From Lama guanicoe (lineage: Eukaryota), in assembly GCA_013239625.1 (NCBI GenBank), contig MU053551.1, positions 12,874 through 76,873 on the forward strand: 64,000 nucleotides of DNA, given 5' to 3'. The notes under the pieces were generated by a model. The model saw nothing but the letters and a program-made list of their open reading frames with translations. It made no database searches and had not been told where the DNA came from. Positions 1-13,037 of this stretch are shown in pieces. Every line of letters begins with the position of its first letter. Position 1 is the stretch's first letter. The translations under genes were made by a program, and so were the position numbers.

Positions 1-59
1 GAAATGACATAAGCAGGATCCAACCCCTAGCCCACACCTAGGAATATGGATCCAGGCAG

Positions 60-235
60 GACGCATTCTCAGCAGTTTGCCGCTTACTAATTGTGGGATC
101 TTGGGGAATTAACATAATGCATCTAATCACCAATTTCCATGTTTATAAAATAGAAATAATGCCAGGAATTTGAGTATTTATTGGGATTATAAACTAGTGT
201 GCTTCGCTTGGATTTGCACATAGTAAATGCTCAGG
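60..235 (+). mobile_element. MIR SINE relic
   Basis: Degenerate MIR core (cttactaattgtgggatcttgggg...tttccatgtttataaaatagaaataat...gcacatagtaaatgctca). Confidence 0.55.
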
Positions 236-1035
236 AGAAGCGTCAAGTGCTGTTACTCCTGCCGTGCAGGTGGGGTATTGTGATGTTACAAAGGTGATGT
301 TAACGTACCTCTCATGTGCTCATTTGCAAGTACAATTGTCATATAGAGTATGAATGCAATAAAAATTATAGACTATTTTGTCCTGTAAATATTCCTATTA
401 TGTGACAGCATCATTAAAATTGAAAAGAGAGGGGAAAAAGTTGTTTTGCTGTACCACTATCCAAAAACCTGCTGTCATAACAATGATAAAGTAGAACACA
501 TTAAAAAGCCTCTGTTATTGAGACTCAACGTGAGGAAAAACAAAATGAAGATATTCATTATTTGAGTCATAAAATTGCAAAATTAAGAAAGTAATTGTAA
601 CTTTAGCAAATGAGGTGTTTACAAGTTTGTCATTAGAAATGACACTTTAATGAATGGATAAAGTTGCTGGCAATTATCACATTAGCCTTTGACTAAATGA
701 TTATATGAGATTTCCTGTAAGATGATTTAAACATAGCCTCACTGACCCTATGTTTCTGTTTTGATTTTGGTGTTTCCTAAGAATTCATCTTTAAAATTAG
801 CTTAAGGGTAAACTTCAGTTTTTCTTAGACTTTATTCAAAGTATATAAATAGATGGAAAAGATTGTTTGCTAAGTGTCAGCTGTGTAAATGCTCACACTC
901 AGCCTAAAAGAGGTTTAACTCTCACATGGTTCCAAATTTCATAATCAGGAGAGAGTGGTGAGGTTTCCTGTCTTCAGATTTTTTTTTTATGGCTGAGGAA
1001 AGTTTTAGAGGTCAGTTATGATTTGTATGCGAAGT

Positions 1036-1061
1036 ACACACACACACGCACACACACACAC
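1036..1061. repeat. (CA)n microsatellite
   Basis: Direct: acacacacacacgcacacacacacac. Confidence 0.95.
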
Positions 1062-1477
1062 CCTGATGGTAATTCCATTTCCCAGATATGGCAGATATTT
1101 GAAGGAAATGTTTGTTTAGAAATCACAATCCAGGTATCACCACTTCAAACACTGTCTTATTCTACCAAAAGCTTTGTTGCATGTGTGCTCCAGTGATGCT
1201 CTCCCCTTGACCTGAATTAAGTTTTCTTTCCATGCCATCCAATCCATTCTTTAGCTAACTTAAATTCTCCTTCCATGAATTCTTATGTTCTCTCATCCTT
1301 CACCAAAAAAATATAATATATATATTTATATATATATATTTCTTATCTCTGTCTTCCCATTTTCACTTAGTTCGTGTCTTTCTTGTTTCACTTGTTTTAT
1401 ACCTCATGTGTCACTTTTCAAGTACAACGTTACACTATGACTGTTTCTATATATATTTTCATTTGTTTGTGGTTGTT

Positions 1478-2065
1478 TTGGTTTTTTGTCTATTTTTATA
1501 TATAGTAGCTAACATTTGCAAATCTCAAACTCCCAAATTTATCCCTTCCCATCCCCTTTCCCTGGTAACTATAAGATTGTTTACTATGTCTGCAAATCTG
1601 TTTCATTTGTGGGTAAGTTCATTAATGTCTATCCCTTCCCACCCTCCACCCCCCCTGGTAACCACAAGTCTGTATTCTCTGTCTGTGAGTCTATTTCTGT
1701 CCTGTATTTATGCTTTGTTTTTATTTGTTTGTTTTTGTTTTTGTTTTTTAGATTCCACATATAAGCGATCTCATATGGTATTTTTCTTTCTCTTTCTGGC
1801 TTACTTCACTTAGAATGACAATCTCCAAGTCCATCTGTATTGCTGCAAATGGCATTTTTATTATTTTTTATGGCTGAGTAGTATTCCATTGTATAAATAT
1901 AAGACATCTTCTTTATCCAGGCATCTGTCTGGACATTTAGGTTTCTTCCATATCTTGGCTATTGTAAATAGTGCTGTATGAACATTAGGGTGCATGTATC
2001 TTTTTGAATTAGAATTCACTCTGCATATATGCCCAGCAGTGGGATTGCTGGATCATATGCTAAGT
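1478..2065 (-). mobile_element. L1 3' end fragment (ORF2 C-terminus + 3'UTR) with an internally repeated 3'UTR segment
   Basis: Contains the L1 motifs tgctgcaaatggcat, ggctgagtagtattccatt and gggattgctggatcatatg. Homologous to the fragments at 9770 and 63137. The ORFs at 1406 and 1516 are antisense frames through it. Confidence 0.9.
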
Positions 2066-3519
2066 TTCCTATATGTTTTTAAGAGGTGTGTTCTCAGTAA
2101 ATCTCTATTGGTTAAATTGTAGACTCATACACATAAAACTGCAGCTATTTGTACTTCAATATAAAGTACGACTCTGCTTCGTCACTTGAAACCCATTTTA
2201 ATACATCCTTCATATATTTCTTTTATATTCCCTACTTAAGCCATGTTTAAAGTAAACCATATTAAAACAAAATGCCATGTATATTTTATTCACAGGAAGT
2301 CCATTTATATATAAGTTGAAATAACCACAGAAAGAAAGCAAAATTTGAAATGTCAAAGTTTAATGTTCTTTTTTCCTTGACCTAGAGGTCTCAACCCTGT
2401 TCTCCAAGTGGAAAAGCATTTTACAAAATTAATTTATACCAAGAACTAGAGGTCATTTTCAAGAAACCCTGGAGAATTAGTACCAAATAAGTTATATGGA
2501 TTTCAGTGATTGCCAACAAGAAAAGTCAATTTCCAGTGCTAATATCTCAGAATTTAATTTGATCACTCTTGTTAGTATAATTAGAAGTAATATTGCTTGG
2601 AGGCAAGTAGCTTAATCTGTGAAGAATGAAGAGAAATTTAAATCCACATAAATGTGCTTAACAATATTCTACAAGAATGCCATACTTTGTGTTTTTTCCT
2701 CAGGTTACAGATAATCATGAAAACATGAATCAGATATCCATACCTCCAAACTCAAGAAATAATAAAGAGAAGGGGTGAGGGGTTAGGGTCTTGCTGGGTG
2801 ATCCAACATTACAGGAGTGCTTGAATTGGTTCATATACTCAGATGATAGACATATGATGTAAGAGAAGGAATAAAGCAATTGGAGGAAGAAAAAATAAAT
2901 TTACCTATGAACAGGTAACATGTAGCAAATTGTTCACCCCCTCTAAGTCTTGATTTCCTTACCTATAAAATGGGAGCACCCGTGGTTTTTCTCACTGTAG
3001 ATGTGGGGCATGATTTAGCCGCTGCCTACTGCCTCAAAAACTGGAAATGAGTCAGAAGAATGTCTAACTTGTGGTAAATATCTAACTTTTGGCTAGCTTT
3101 ATTCAAATTTTCAGAGATCAAAGTGATGGGAGACTGAAATGTGTATCAGATCCATTGCTCTTAACTGTCAATGTCAAGTATCAAGTAATTATTGCTTGAG
3201 CTCACCTACTATTTGCTCCTTGGTAAATAATTCCCAGCTCAGTCCATCATGCAGGGAAGAGGAAGTTAGGTATCAGTATGAGGAGGACAGATTGCTGGGG
3301 TTTGAGTCATTTCTGTACCGGTGACTGTCTAGCAATCATGAGACTTCTATTTCAGTTTATGGCATTTAATATTTATACCTACTTCCTTGAATTGGTGTGA
3401 AGCTTCAGTAGCTAATGCTGTGTATTTAAAGCATGTAGAATAGGACCTGATAAGTAGCCATTAATACACATACTATAAAAATAATCACCAGTTTATTGGT
3501 TCACTGGGAAGCCCATCTG

Positions 3520-3860
3520 TTCTGAGCTGGCCTAGCTGATCGGCACAGTCAGCTGGTGAGTGGCGGGGGCTCGGTTGTCGAGGACGTCCTCAGTCACACT
3601 GAGTCTGGCTGGTGCCTGGGGCCCGAGGTGATGAGGCTTGTTTCTGTCCCGTGTGTTCTCACCCTCCAGTTGCTCGCTCAGGCTTCTCCATAGGAAGGTA
3701 GAAAGATTCCCAGTACTTGAAGGAATCAGAGTGAAAGTGCTTCAAGTTTCTGCTTGCATCATGCTTGTTGTTTTTGCTGCTGGCCTGAGTGAACCTTAAT
3801 AGCCCCGATCCAAGTGAGTGGCGAAAGGGTCTACTTGAAAGGAGGCGAAGCGTTGTGTCT
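3520..3860 (-). mobile_element. MaLR (MLT1-like) LTR relic
   Basis: Motifs ctcaccctccag...ctcaggcttctccat and tctgcttgcatcatgcttg resemble the MLT1 antisense strand. Confidence 0.55.
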
Positions 3861-4469
3861 GATTTTACTATCTTCCACACTCTATATGCACTCATACATC
3901 CATGCACACATATAGATCTCATATATCATATACATATGTCACACTCACCCAGTATATTTAAATTAATGAATATATGCGTTCATTCCTTCCTTCATTCATA
4001 TGCATATATAATGTACATATTTACTTATTCATAAATATGCACGAGTTATAAGTAAAATATAAACAAGTGCCTTTCCAGGGCAATAGAAAAAGCAGTTGAT
4101 CTTTGTAGACATATCAGAAATCAAATAAATATATGTATAAACAGAGAAAAATAAATCAAGGTATGGTGTGCTACTGCATAACTTACATTAACAAGTCACA
4201 TCGCTGTTGGCCATCGGTGAGATTTAAGAGCTCCATGATATGGTAGTGCTTTTTATTCAGTTGTGTAATAAATTGTCACCAATGTAATGTGTAGCCAGAC
4301 TGCTCTGTGTATACAGAGTCATACTCTCGGCACTGAAGATTGAAAAAAACAAAAAAAAAGTTTAAGGTTAAGTAATTTAAAAATCTAGCTGAGGTAAACC
4401 TGCAGACACATATTTGAAATTAGCCTAAGCAAATTCTAAATTAGTTGGTACAATTATTGGCATTGATCT

Positions 4470-4760
4470 TGAGTGGAAATAAAGGAGTAAAATTAGCTGG
4501 AGGGACTCAGGGAAGAAGCTGTCTGGGGAACCTGTGTGATAAGTTTCTATGTCAAGAAGAGTGCATAGCTGAGCGGAAGAACTGAGTGGGGAGGTAGTGA
4601 GAGGTAAGTCTGGTGAAGAAAACAGGAAGCACATGGAAAAAGAGCACCTGTGACACTGAATGAGGGAGTTTACACTTAATGTCATAAGCAGAGGGGAGTT
4701 ACTGAGTGTTCTTAGGAAAGACAGAGTCCAGCACGATGTTCACACTGTGCGGGGACTTCT
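4470..4760 (-). mobile_element. L2 relic
   Basis: Purine-rich degenerate tract with gagtttacacttaatgtcataagcagaggggagttactgagtgtt, typical of antisense L2. Confidence 0.45.
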
Positions 4761-5484
4761 CTAATTAGCAAGCCTCTTAGGCAGTTCAGGAATATAACCT
4801 TGAACATTTAGCTCACCTGATGTTCGTAGGTTTAAGTGAACGTACTTTAATAAATTTAAACTGGTACAAACATATCACAAGATATTTAAATGTAAATGTC
4901 TAGTTTCCTTTCTCAGTAATGCATGCTCTAAGTAACTTGAGAAATAATATAGACATGATTGCTTAGAAAAAGTACTTAACCAAATATAAAATAGTAAAAA
5001 TTATCATTGGAGTAATGAAAATTGGACATTAATCTTACTTGAGTTTTTCCGTGACCTCTTTAGACGTGTAGAATTAGAATTGTTTCAGTGCCTCTTGAAG
5101 AGTTGTCCCTTGGTAACACAGGGTCAAGTGTAACTTGTCCTCTTGTCTTGGAGTTCCTGTGCCTTGGGGCTGGCAGTGAGCAAGAAGACCAGCTAGGTGC
5201 TAGATCATAAACAGGACATGGTAAGATTCTGCAAAACTAGTTATTTATCCAACTCTCACCTAAACGAAGGGAGAAGAGAGTGGTAGTAAAAAGAACTACA
5301 GATTGGGAATTTATTTGGGGAGATAATTGCTCATTCTTCTTCCTGCCAGCAAGCCATGTGAAGGGATGATCAGAGACCCACTTCGAGATGTTAGGGCTTT
5401 TTCACTTTTGTTTGTTTGTTTTTATTCTTAAGGATATGAGAAGCATTTTCTGATTTCAAGCCAAAGAAAAAAGACTATAGGTTT

Positions 5485-5999
5485 TGTTGTGGGCACAAGA
5501 GCGGCAGGCCGGTGATGCGGGTTGGTAGAAGAGTCACCAGAGACCTAGGAGAGTTGGGGAAAGCTTAGCAGGGACACTGCTGTAGGCAACAGTGGGCCCC
5601 GCTGGCAAGAGGGCGCAGGGGCCAAGTGCAGGGTCTTTTATTTGGGGGAGAGGCTGTGCACACGAGGAGGAGGGGACTGCTTGATCAGTTCGTGCACAGC
5701 TACCTGACTGACTTTAAGAAGGCAGGGACTTCTCTCAACAGTAGGATTTACAGCTTTGATAAAGGCAGGATGTGAGGCCTGTCTGCCTGGGGTATTGTGA
5801 GACTGGTTATCTCCTGGGGCAATGGGTTTTGTCAGGGTAAACACACATCAAGAGATTTTTTTTTTAATCCTGCAGAAATGCAAGTAAGTGGAGTGGTGCT
5901 GCCTTGGGGAGTTGGGGTTAAGATGTCAGTGTCTCCAGGCACACAGAGAACCCAGGAGTGGGGGTTTTATGACTCCAGAGAGTGCCAGCTGGCTCCACG
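5485..5999 (-). mobile_element. Solo ERV LTR with 5-bp TSD
   Basis: Begins TGTTGTGGG and ends CTCCACG. GGTTT flanks both sides (5480-5484 and 6000-6004). Minus-strand AATAAA near 5637-5642. GC-richer than its flanks. Confidence 0.8.
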
Positions 6000-8033
6000 G
6001 GTTTGAATGGCCTGTGGCAACAGAGAAAAGCAAACTGCTTGGATAGTGGACAGACCTTAAATGCCATAAAGCTGTTTGCTATGGGCCAGAATTGGGCCTT
6101 GTGGAAGGGAGCATGGGCCAAGAGAGAGGGGTGTGTGGAGAGACAGCCAGAAGTTAGACGCTGACAGAGCAAGTCTTAAAAGTCTAATTGAAAGAAACCT
6201 CATCTTCTTCAGGGAAATACAAGAAAAGTGGTCTCTAATGATGGTTATATGGAAAGAAACCTGAAAATACCCTTTGGTAAACACAACTACTATGACTTCA
6301 GCATTTGACACACACATTGTCCTGATGTTATACTGTAGTTATCCTGGCCACAGAACATGCGTATTTTCTAGAACCTATTACCCTTTCTCTAAGTCTGGGA
6401 ATAGATTCAAACATCAAGTAGCTTATAGAAAAAGGAGGTAAAGCCCACAGGAGAGAGAAGCAGAACGTGAATTATATGAAAGCTTATTTGCTAGTTCAGG
6501 TCAAAGTTGCCTAGAAGGGGAACAGCTTTGATTCATATGAGAGAATAAAGTTTTGTCATTAGACCATACAGGATTTGTAAACACTAGAATGTGATTATAG
6601 AAGCTTTAAGATTACTCAATGTTTTATACAAGGATGGGGAAGAACAACATAGCAGTTTGAAGGTATAAGATGAGAGCGGGTGAAACTGCTTTCTGTGTGA
6701 ACTCACTAAGTCTGGCTCATTTAACAAAACACACCCTAGTTCATTTAATGGTAGGTATGTAAATTTTAATCTTCTCAAGATACAGAAAGTATGTTGATGG
6801 CCTGGGATGAAATATATTGATATGATATAATGACCTAAACCATTAAAAATAAAAACTGACAAATAGTAAAATGTAGTGATATCAGAGCTGAAATATCATT
6901 TCAGTAGGGCGGTTTCGTTAGTCTTTGAATTCTGCCGAGAAGTAGATTAAGACAGCTGTGAGATTTATTATTTTAAATGCAAGCTGTCTTTTTTTTTTTT
7001 TGCCAAGGAAGATTGTCTTTAGATATGATCCCAACATATTTAGAAATGCGAACTCTAGCAAAGGTCAGCCAAGTCATACCTAATGGACAATTACTATTAT
7101 CAGGAAAGCCAGCCTCCTGTGCCAAATACAGCCTAAAACTTGGAACCCGTTATTTTGTAACACTGTGACAGGTATTCCTGTTCTAAACATTCATAGATCA
7201 GAAGCCAACAGTTCTAACAATGTTTTAAAATGTTTAAATTCGTAGGAAGAAAGTTCTCTGCCTCCTTTGATACTCAAACTCAGGCAGACCCTGAACTTCA
7301 TTGCGACAAGTTGCAGAACATGTGAAGTTTAACTAAAAATGTGTGGTAATAGACAGGTGAACGTGTGCTCATTTCCTTCCTTACCTTTCTAAACAAAGGC
7401 TAATAGCCAGCCTAGAGGTCAACATTATCAAGGCACTTACACCACCGCTTTATTTACTTAAAGTTTCCCTCTAGGTTTTCTTCATTAACCAGAGGTTGAA
7501 ATCTTTGGCTTTAAGTTACAGCCATGATTTTTATTCAAGTCCAAATTAAATCTGCCCAGGATACACAATTTTATTTCACAAATGACCTGTTTTTCTGCAG
7601 CAATATTAAACCAGTCAGCAGCTGACACAGAGTTTGGAAGATAGTTGTTTTTTCACCATAATCGAGGTATTCTCAGGCTAGTGTAACGGAGGAGGGGGGA
7701 AATCATGAAGACTAAGGGAGTTCGTAAAGGCACTGTTAAAAGGAAGACCTGCTGAACAGTAGCTGTGTGGGTAAGAAACGAGCAGCTGTGGTGGATGACA
7801 GTAGATGGATTAGAGCTATCTCTTTAAGAAATGTTTTAACAGGAGTGTTACGGTAGATGAACTGCAAGGTGAGGTGTTACGTGACCCCGGGTTCTGGTCA
7901 CATGCTGTTCCGAACAACTTAAGGTTCTTTGGATCCCACAGAGGTCTTGGTCAAATGGGCGTTCTGGCCGCGTTAGGGACGTGAACATATGTTGGGGCTG
8001 CTTATATGAAAGTATGCTTTGCACCATGAGACT

Positions 8034-8541
8034 TGTTGACTGAAATAAAATGCACAGCCTAGACGTGCAGAGTTACATTTTATTCAGTGAACATTTCAGA
8101 GGACTGAGACCCCTTCGAGCCCGGAATGACAGCCTTCCAGATGGCTCTGAGGGACTGCTCTGAAGAGGTAGGGGAGGAGCCAGGATATATAGAAGTTTCA
8201 CAACAAAGCCAGGTAGTTGGAACATTAAAGATTGCTGTTAAAGAAAACCAGGCATCTCAAGTTACAGAATTTAGCACTTTTCTATGTATAGGAAGGTGTG
8301 CAGAAGTCTGGGCTCACTGAAATGATTCCTTTGACAAGCACCTGGCTATGTGAAGCCAGTATATCCTGCCCTTTCTTATTCTGAGTCCCGTCAGAGTGCA
8401 CCACTGTGGGTGCTGCACAGGCCGGGCTACGGGCTTGTCTGCACCCTGAGTTGACTGTGGGGAGTGGTGACAGCAGCTGATGACATGGTGGCTTCAGCAT
8501 TCTTTGTTTACTGATGTGGCTTGCAGTATTTTTCATTCACA
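8034..8541 (-). mobile_element. Solo ERV1-type LTR with 4-bp TSD
   Basis: TG...CA termini with a perfect GACT TSD (8030-8033 and 8542-8545). Minus-strand AATAAA near 8080 and a TATA-like element near 8185. Clearly homologous to 46233-46714. Confidence 0.92.
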
Positions 8542-8739
8542 GACTGAATGTTCCCTATGACCCAAATCAAGATGACAGTTGCTTCCCTCACTCTTATCTT
8601 CACCTTTCATAATTCATCCTGGTTACCTTACGTAGCAGCACAAAGTTTGGCGGTACCATCACCTGTGGTAACATGGAAAATGAAATCTGTATCTAAGAAA
8701 CGAGTTGAATTCGCTAAGTTTAGTTCTTCCAGTAGAGGC

Positions 8740-8882
8740 TTCAGACATCATGGAGCAGAGAGGAGCCACCTCGATTATGGCCGGTCTGAATTTCCCACTC
8801 ACAGAATTCATAACCTTAGTGAAGACATTGTTGCATTACAGCACGGAGGGTGAACTGTTAGTAGCATAGCAACTGATAACAA
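8740..8882 (+). mobile_element. MLT1 LTR 3' relic
   Basis: agacatcatggagcagag...ctgaatttcccactcacagaattcat...gcatagcaactgataac. Confidence 0.5.
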
Positions 8883-9769
8883 AAGCGCTGGGAGGTTATC
8901 ATTGATTTTTTCAACACTTTTAATGACTGTTTCATCTTATGCTCATTCATTGGAGGATTTTTCTGGGAGAAGAGTGTCTTGAAATGAAACGTTGACAAAC
9001 TGAAGCTAAAAAAGTGTGACTGAAAACAACCACAAAGGAAGTCAAGAAAGAAAAACTGGATTTGACAGAAATATAGTTGAACCTCAGGAATATGTAGATG
9101 AAGGGCAGAGAGGGGCAGTGTGAGCTGACTTCCAGTGTGTGCAGGGCTGTCGCGTGGAGGACCGGTTACACTTGTACTAGGGAACGCTAGCGAGCAGGAC
9201 TAACACCTCACACTGCTAGGTCAAGGAAGCAGACTCTACACCTAATAAGAGGAAGTATATTTCTATATTCAGAGCAATAAAATTGTGGACTGGTTTTTAA
9301 GGTAGGGGCCTTCTGTACTTTTCTTGGAGGAAAGCCTGGAAATGTCCATGGTGGTAATTTTCTAGGGAAGATTCTTGTTTTCGGTAGAATAGTGATCGAA
9401 GTAGTTCTAAGATATTCCAACCATGAAGTTGTATAGGAGTGTATAATATACCCCATATCTTAGTAATAATTTATATCAAAATTTAGACTTGGGGGACAGA
9501 AGATAAAGGAAACTGTTACATACAGGTTTTCAGTGATTTGCAGTTTCAAGGCTGACAAATACCTAGTACTACTCAATGTTCCATAACAAATATTAAAAAA
9601 AGTATTGAGTTGATTAATGAAACATCTACTTTACCTATACATGAAGGCATAGTTTCTATATAGGGTAATAGGAAGTGGTCAAAAGAAAAATTGTATGATA
9701 ATTATCATCATCATCATCATCACATCATTATTTCTGTTATTATCTTTGAAGTAGTGATTATCTATTGAT

Positions 9770-10378
9770 TATTTATTTTTTTTGTTTTTTAATTGTAGTC
9801 AGTTACAGTGTGTCAGTTTCTGGTGTACAGCATAATGTCCCAGTCATGCATATATACACATATATTTGTTTTCATATTCCTTTTCATTAATGGGTTATTC
9901 CAAGATACTGAGTATAGTACCCTGTGTTATACAGAATAAATTTGGCTTTTATCTATTTTTATATATAGTGGCTAACATTTACAAATTTCAAACTCCCAGA
10001 TTTATCCCTCCCCACCCCCATTCTCTGGATGACCATGAGATTGTTTTCTACATCTGTTTCTTTTGTAGATAAGTTCATTAGTGTCCTCTTTCTTTTTTCT
10101 TTTAAATTCTACATATGAGTGATATCATATGGTATTTTTTTCTTTCTGTCTTACTTCACTTAAAATGACAATCTCCAGGTCCATCCATGTTGCTGAAAAT
10201 GGCATTATTTTATTCTTTTTGTGGCTGAGTAGTATTCCATTGTATAAATATACCACAACTTCCTTATCCAGTCATCTGTCAGTGGACATTTAGGTTGCTT
10301 CCATGTCTTGACTGTTGTATATAGTGCTGCTATGATCATTGAGGTGCATGTACCTTTTCAAATTAGAGTTCCCTCCAG
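9770..10378 (-). mobile_element. 5'-truncated L1 (3'UTR + ORF2 C-terminus)
   Basis: T-rich tail at the left end, then the L1 motifs ccctgtgttatacag, ccaggtccatccatgttgctg and ggacatttaggttgcttccatgtc. Confidence 0.92.
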
Positions 10379-12636
10379 TTTGGTCATTTATTCTTGCATC
10401 ACAATTCTAAGCATATAGTCTCCTGTATCTCATTGTATCTTCCGCTGATTTTACAAAGAAGAAAACTAAGGTCTAGAGAAAAGTATGGCATACTTAAGGC
10501 TACCCAGTTCAATGGATTAATTGGGAATTGAACCTAGCTTTTCTATAGTGAGTGAGGTCAGGTTATTACGTTATACAGTCTTCGTGATGCAGATTATATC
10601 TGTACTTTTCATAGTGGAGGATTTAGTCATAAAAAGGAGATGGATGTTTTATCTAATATAAGGTCTTCAAATAGCTTCCCTACTCTAGTTCACATTTTCT
10701 GAAATCCCACAGTTAGGTACTTCTGTTTAGTTCTTGATTCAATAGAGTATGAAAGTATTCTTCACTTATCTACAAATAACATTGAGAGGGATTAGCTAAC
10801 ATGCTCAGCTAATAGATTAAATATAAACCTGACAGAATCTAGGGAGCAGGAAATGGGTGAGTACTGTGGAGTTGTCAAAAAGGATGAGAAGTCATGAAAT
10901 TGGAGGAAGGAGAGGCTGCCAAGGACAGACGTCACTCATTTAATATCATATCCCACATAAAGGACATGCAGTACATCTTTCAGGGAGGAAAGGAGTATAG
11001 TATTGGACATTTTCATTTTGAAAACATTCATCTTTGGGATTAGCAAGTTGTCAACACATGTTGTACACAGTTGGTAGGTCAGTTTGCATCCCAGTGGAAG
11101 CTGGATAGTGTTGAAAAATCAAGGAGACCAATATAGCTGATACTGAGTTAGATAAATATTTTTGAACTTGTAGAAAGAGTCTAGGTAAGTCATGGGAAGT
11201 TTTCTAAATTTCAGTTGTGAATTGATCGTCTTCCTCACACTCTTTCAGTGAGGACTGAGGAGAATGTGCAGACATTTAGGTAGGAGGTAACAAAGTCAGA
11301 TGGGGATGCTGGAGGTGGACAAGGAAATAAATCATCTGTAATATTTTGCTTTTACTGGAGAGTTTTCTGAAATGTATTATACTGTCCACAACAAAATTCG
11401 CCTAGTGGGAAGGAAATGAGAGTAAATCATACCCTTTTGTTAGTCTGGTGTGACACTACTAATACCAGAAATTTTCTGTGAGGATGCTAAATGACAGTTT
11501 GTATAAAGGCCAAGATGCATGAAGTTCAAGCTATTAGATTTAGTTGGAAATGATATGTGGAGGGAAGGTGTTTATGGGATTTGCCTAGTACATTGAGTTC
11601 AAATTCAGCTTTCTATTTGAGGTTCAAATATTATAACTTATATTTATATTTTGGATACTTTTCATAATCTAGGCAAAGAATCCCTCACATGCAAATTAAA
11701 TTTATTATGAAATACATAATAGTTAACAAATTTAAAGAATTAAGTGATGAAAATGTCTCTACTTAGGAAAGGAACTGAGACTGAAAAGCATTTTTAAAAA
11801 ACTAAACATAAAAAAGTTCAGAACCAAGAGAATTCAGTTGCGAGAGGGCTCCATTTTCAGGTAAAATGCAACCTCACATTAAGCCTGATACTGTGTTCTT
11901 TGTTATTTCCGTGAACGATGATTCAAAATCTGCAAGCTGTGTGTTTAGACAAAATTAATATTTCCAAAACTGACAGTGGCTATAATGGAAATAATAAATG
12001 CACCATTCCCAAATGTGCTGGCACTGTACCAGTGGGAGATGAGGCTGAGTAAAACTGCTTCTTGTCACATCCTTGATGAAGAAAAATGCTCACAACTTCA
12101 AAACAGTCTTTTTATTCTGTTTTTGTAAATATGCCCCAAATGTATCTAATTTTTTTTCAGATGTAGAGAAATATGGAATTAAAAAAAAAAACCTTAAATG
12201 GGGATTAGATTTCTTAGACCATGATGGAGAAATAGGTACTAATAAATTAGCATCAAGTAATTCTTTTTTGTATGTTAAGTTTTAGAATAAAAATTGTTCC
12301 TAGGCCAAGTACATCAGGGAATTTAGGTCAATTTAGCTCTGAAGAGTTTTCCAAAACTATACGTCCCACACAGATTTCAATAGGCTTGAAAAGAGTGGCA
12401 ATTAAAATTTTCCCCCTACATTTATTTTTCATCTCCTTCAAGCATATAAATGTACTACATAAAAGTCACATTTCGTAAAAAGCTAAACAGAGTAAACAAA
12501 ACCTCACACATTACATTAGTGCTTATATAATTTATCTTGAAACATTTATTCCCTTAAGTTTTTAAAGCAATGTTCAAATTAGTATTGCTTTGATTTTTAC
12601 CTAGAGGCAAAGTAATTATATTTACATTATATTAAT

Positions 12637-13037
12637 GATATATACACATGTTATATAAGGTATAGATTACTTCTTGAGTGTGTGTGTGTTTGTGTGTAGA
12701 ATATTCAAATCCAGGATTAAAGCTTGGAGATCACCCTGGTGCTCTTGTATTTCTCCATTTCCACTAAGTAGGTTGAAAGAGTTGCCCAGTTGTCTTCATA
12801 ACAGCACTTACATTACTTCCTTGTCTCATGGTCATCTGGATATATATACACATGTTATATAAGGTATAGATTAATTCTTGAGTGTGTGTGTCTGTAGAAT
12901 ATTCAAGTCCAGGATTAAACCTTGGAGATCACTCTAGTGCTCTTGTATTTCTACATTTCAACTAAGTACTTTGAAAGGGTTGCCCACTTGTCTTCATAAC
13001 AGCACTTACATTACTTCCTTGTCTCATGGTCATCTGG
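12637..13037. repeat. Tandem direct duplication, about 200-bp unit (12637-12838 / 12839-13037)
   Basis: Direct alignment: about 11 substitutions plus a (TG)n length change. The last 50 bp are identical. Confidence 0.97.

Noticed and set aside
1406..1813. 135-aa hydrophobic ORF resembling a membrane protein
   Set aside because: It is an antisense frame through a T-rich L1 3'UTR.
7846..8030. CpG-richer tract just left of the 8034 LTR as a separate element or promoter
   Set aside because: I could establish no termini, TSD or family similarity, so I left it unannotated.
8126..8320. Homologous ORFs at 8126 and 46248 (ALRDCSEEVGE) as a gene family
   Set aside because: Both lie antisense within two copies of the same solo LTR, and the frames are not preserved.
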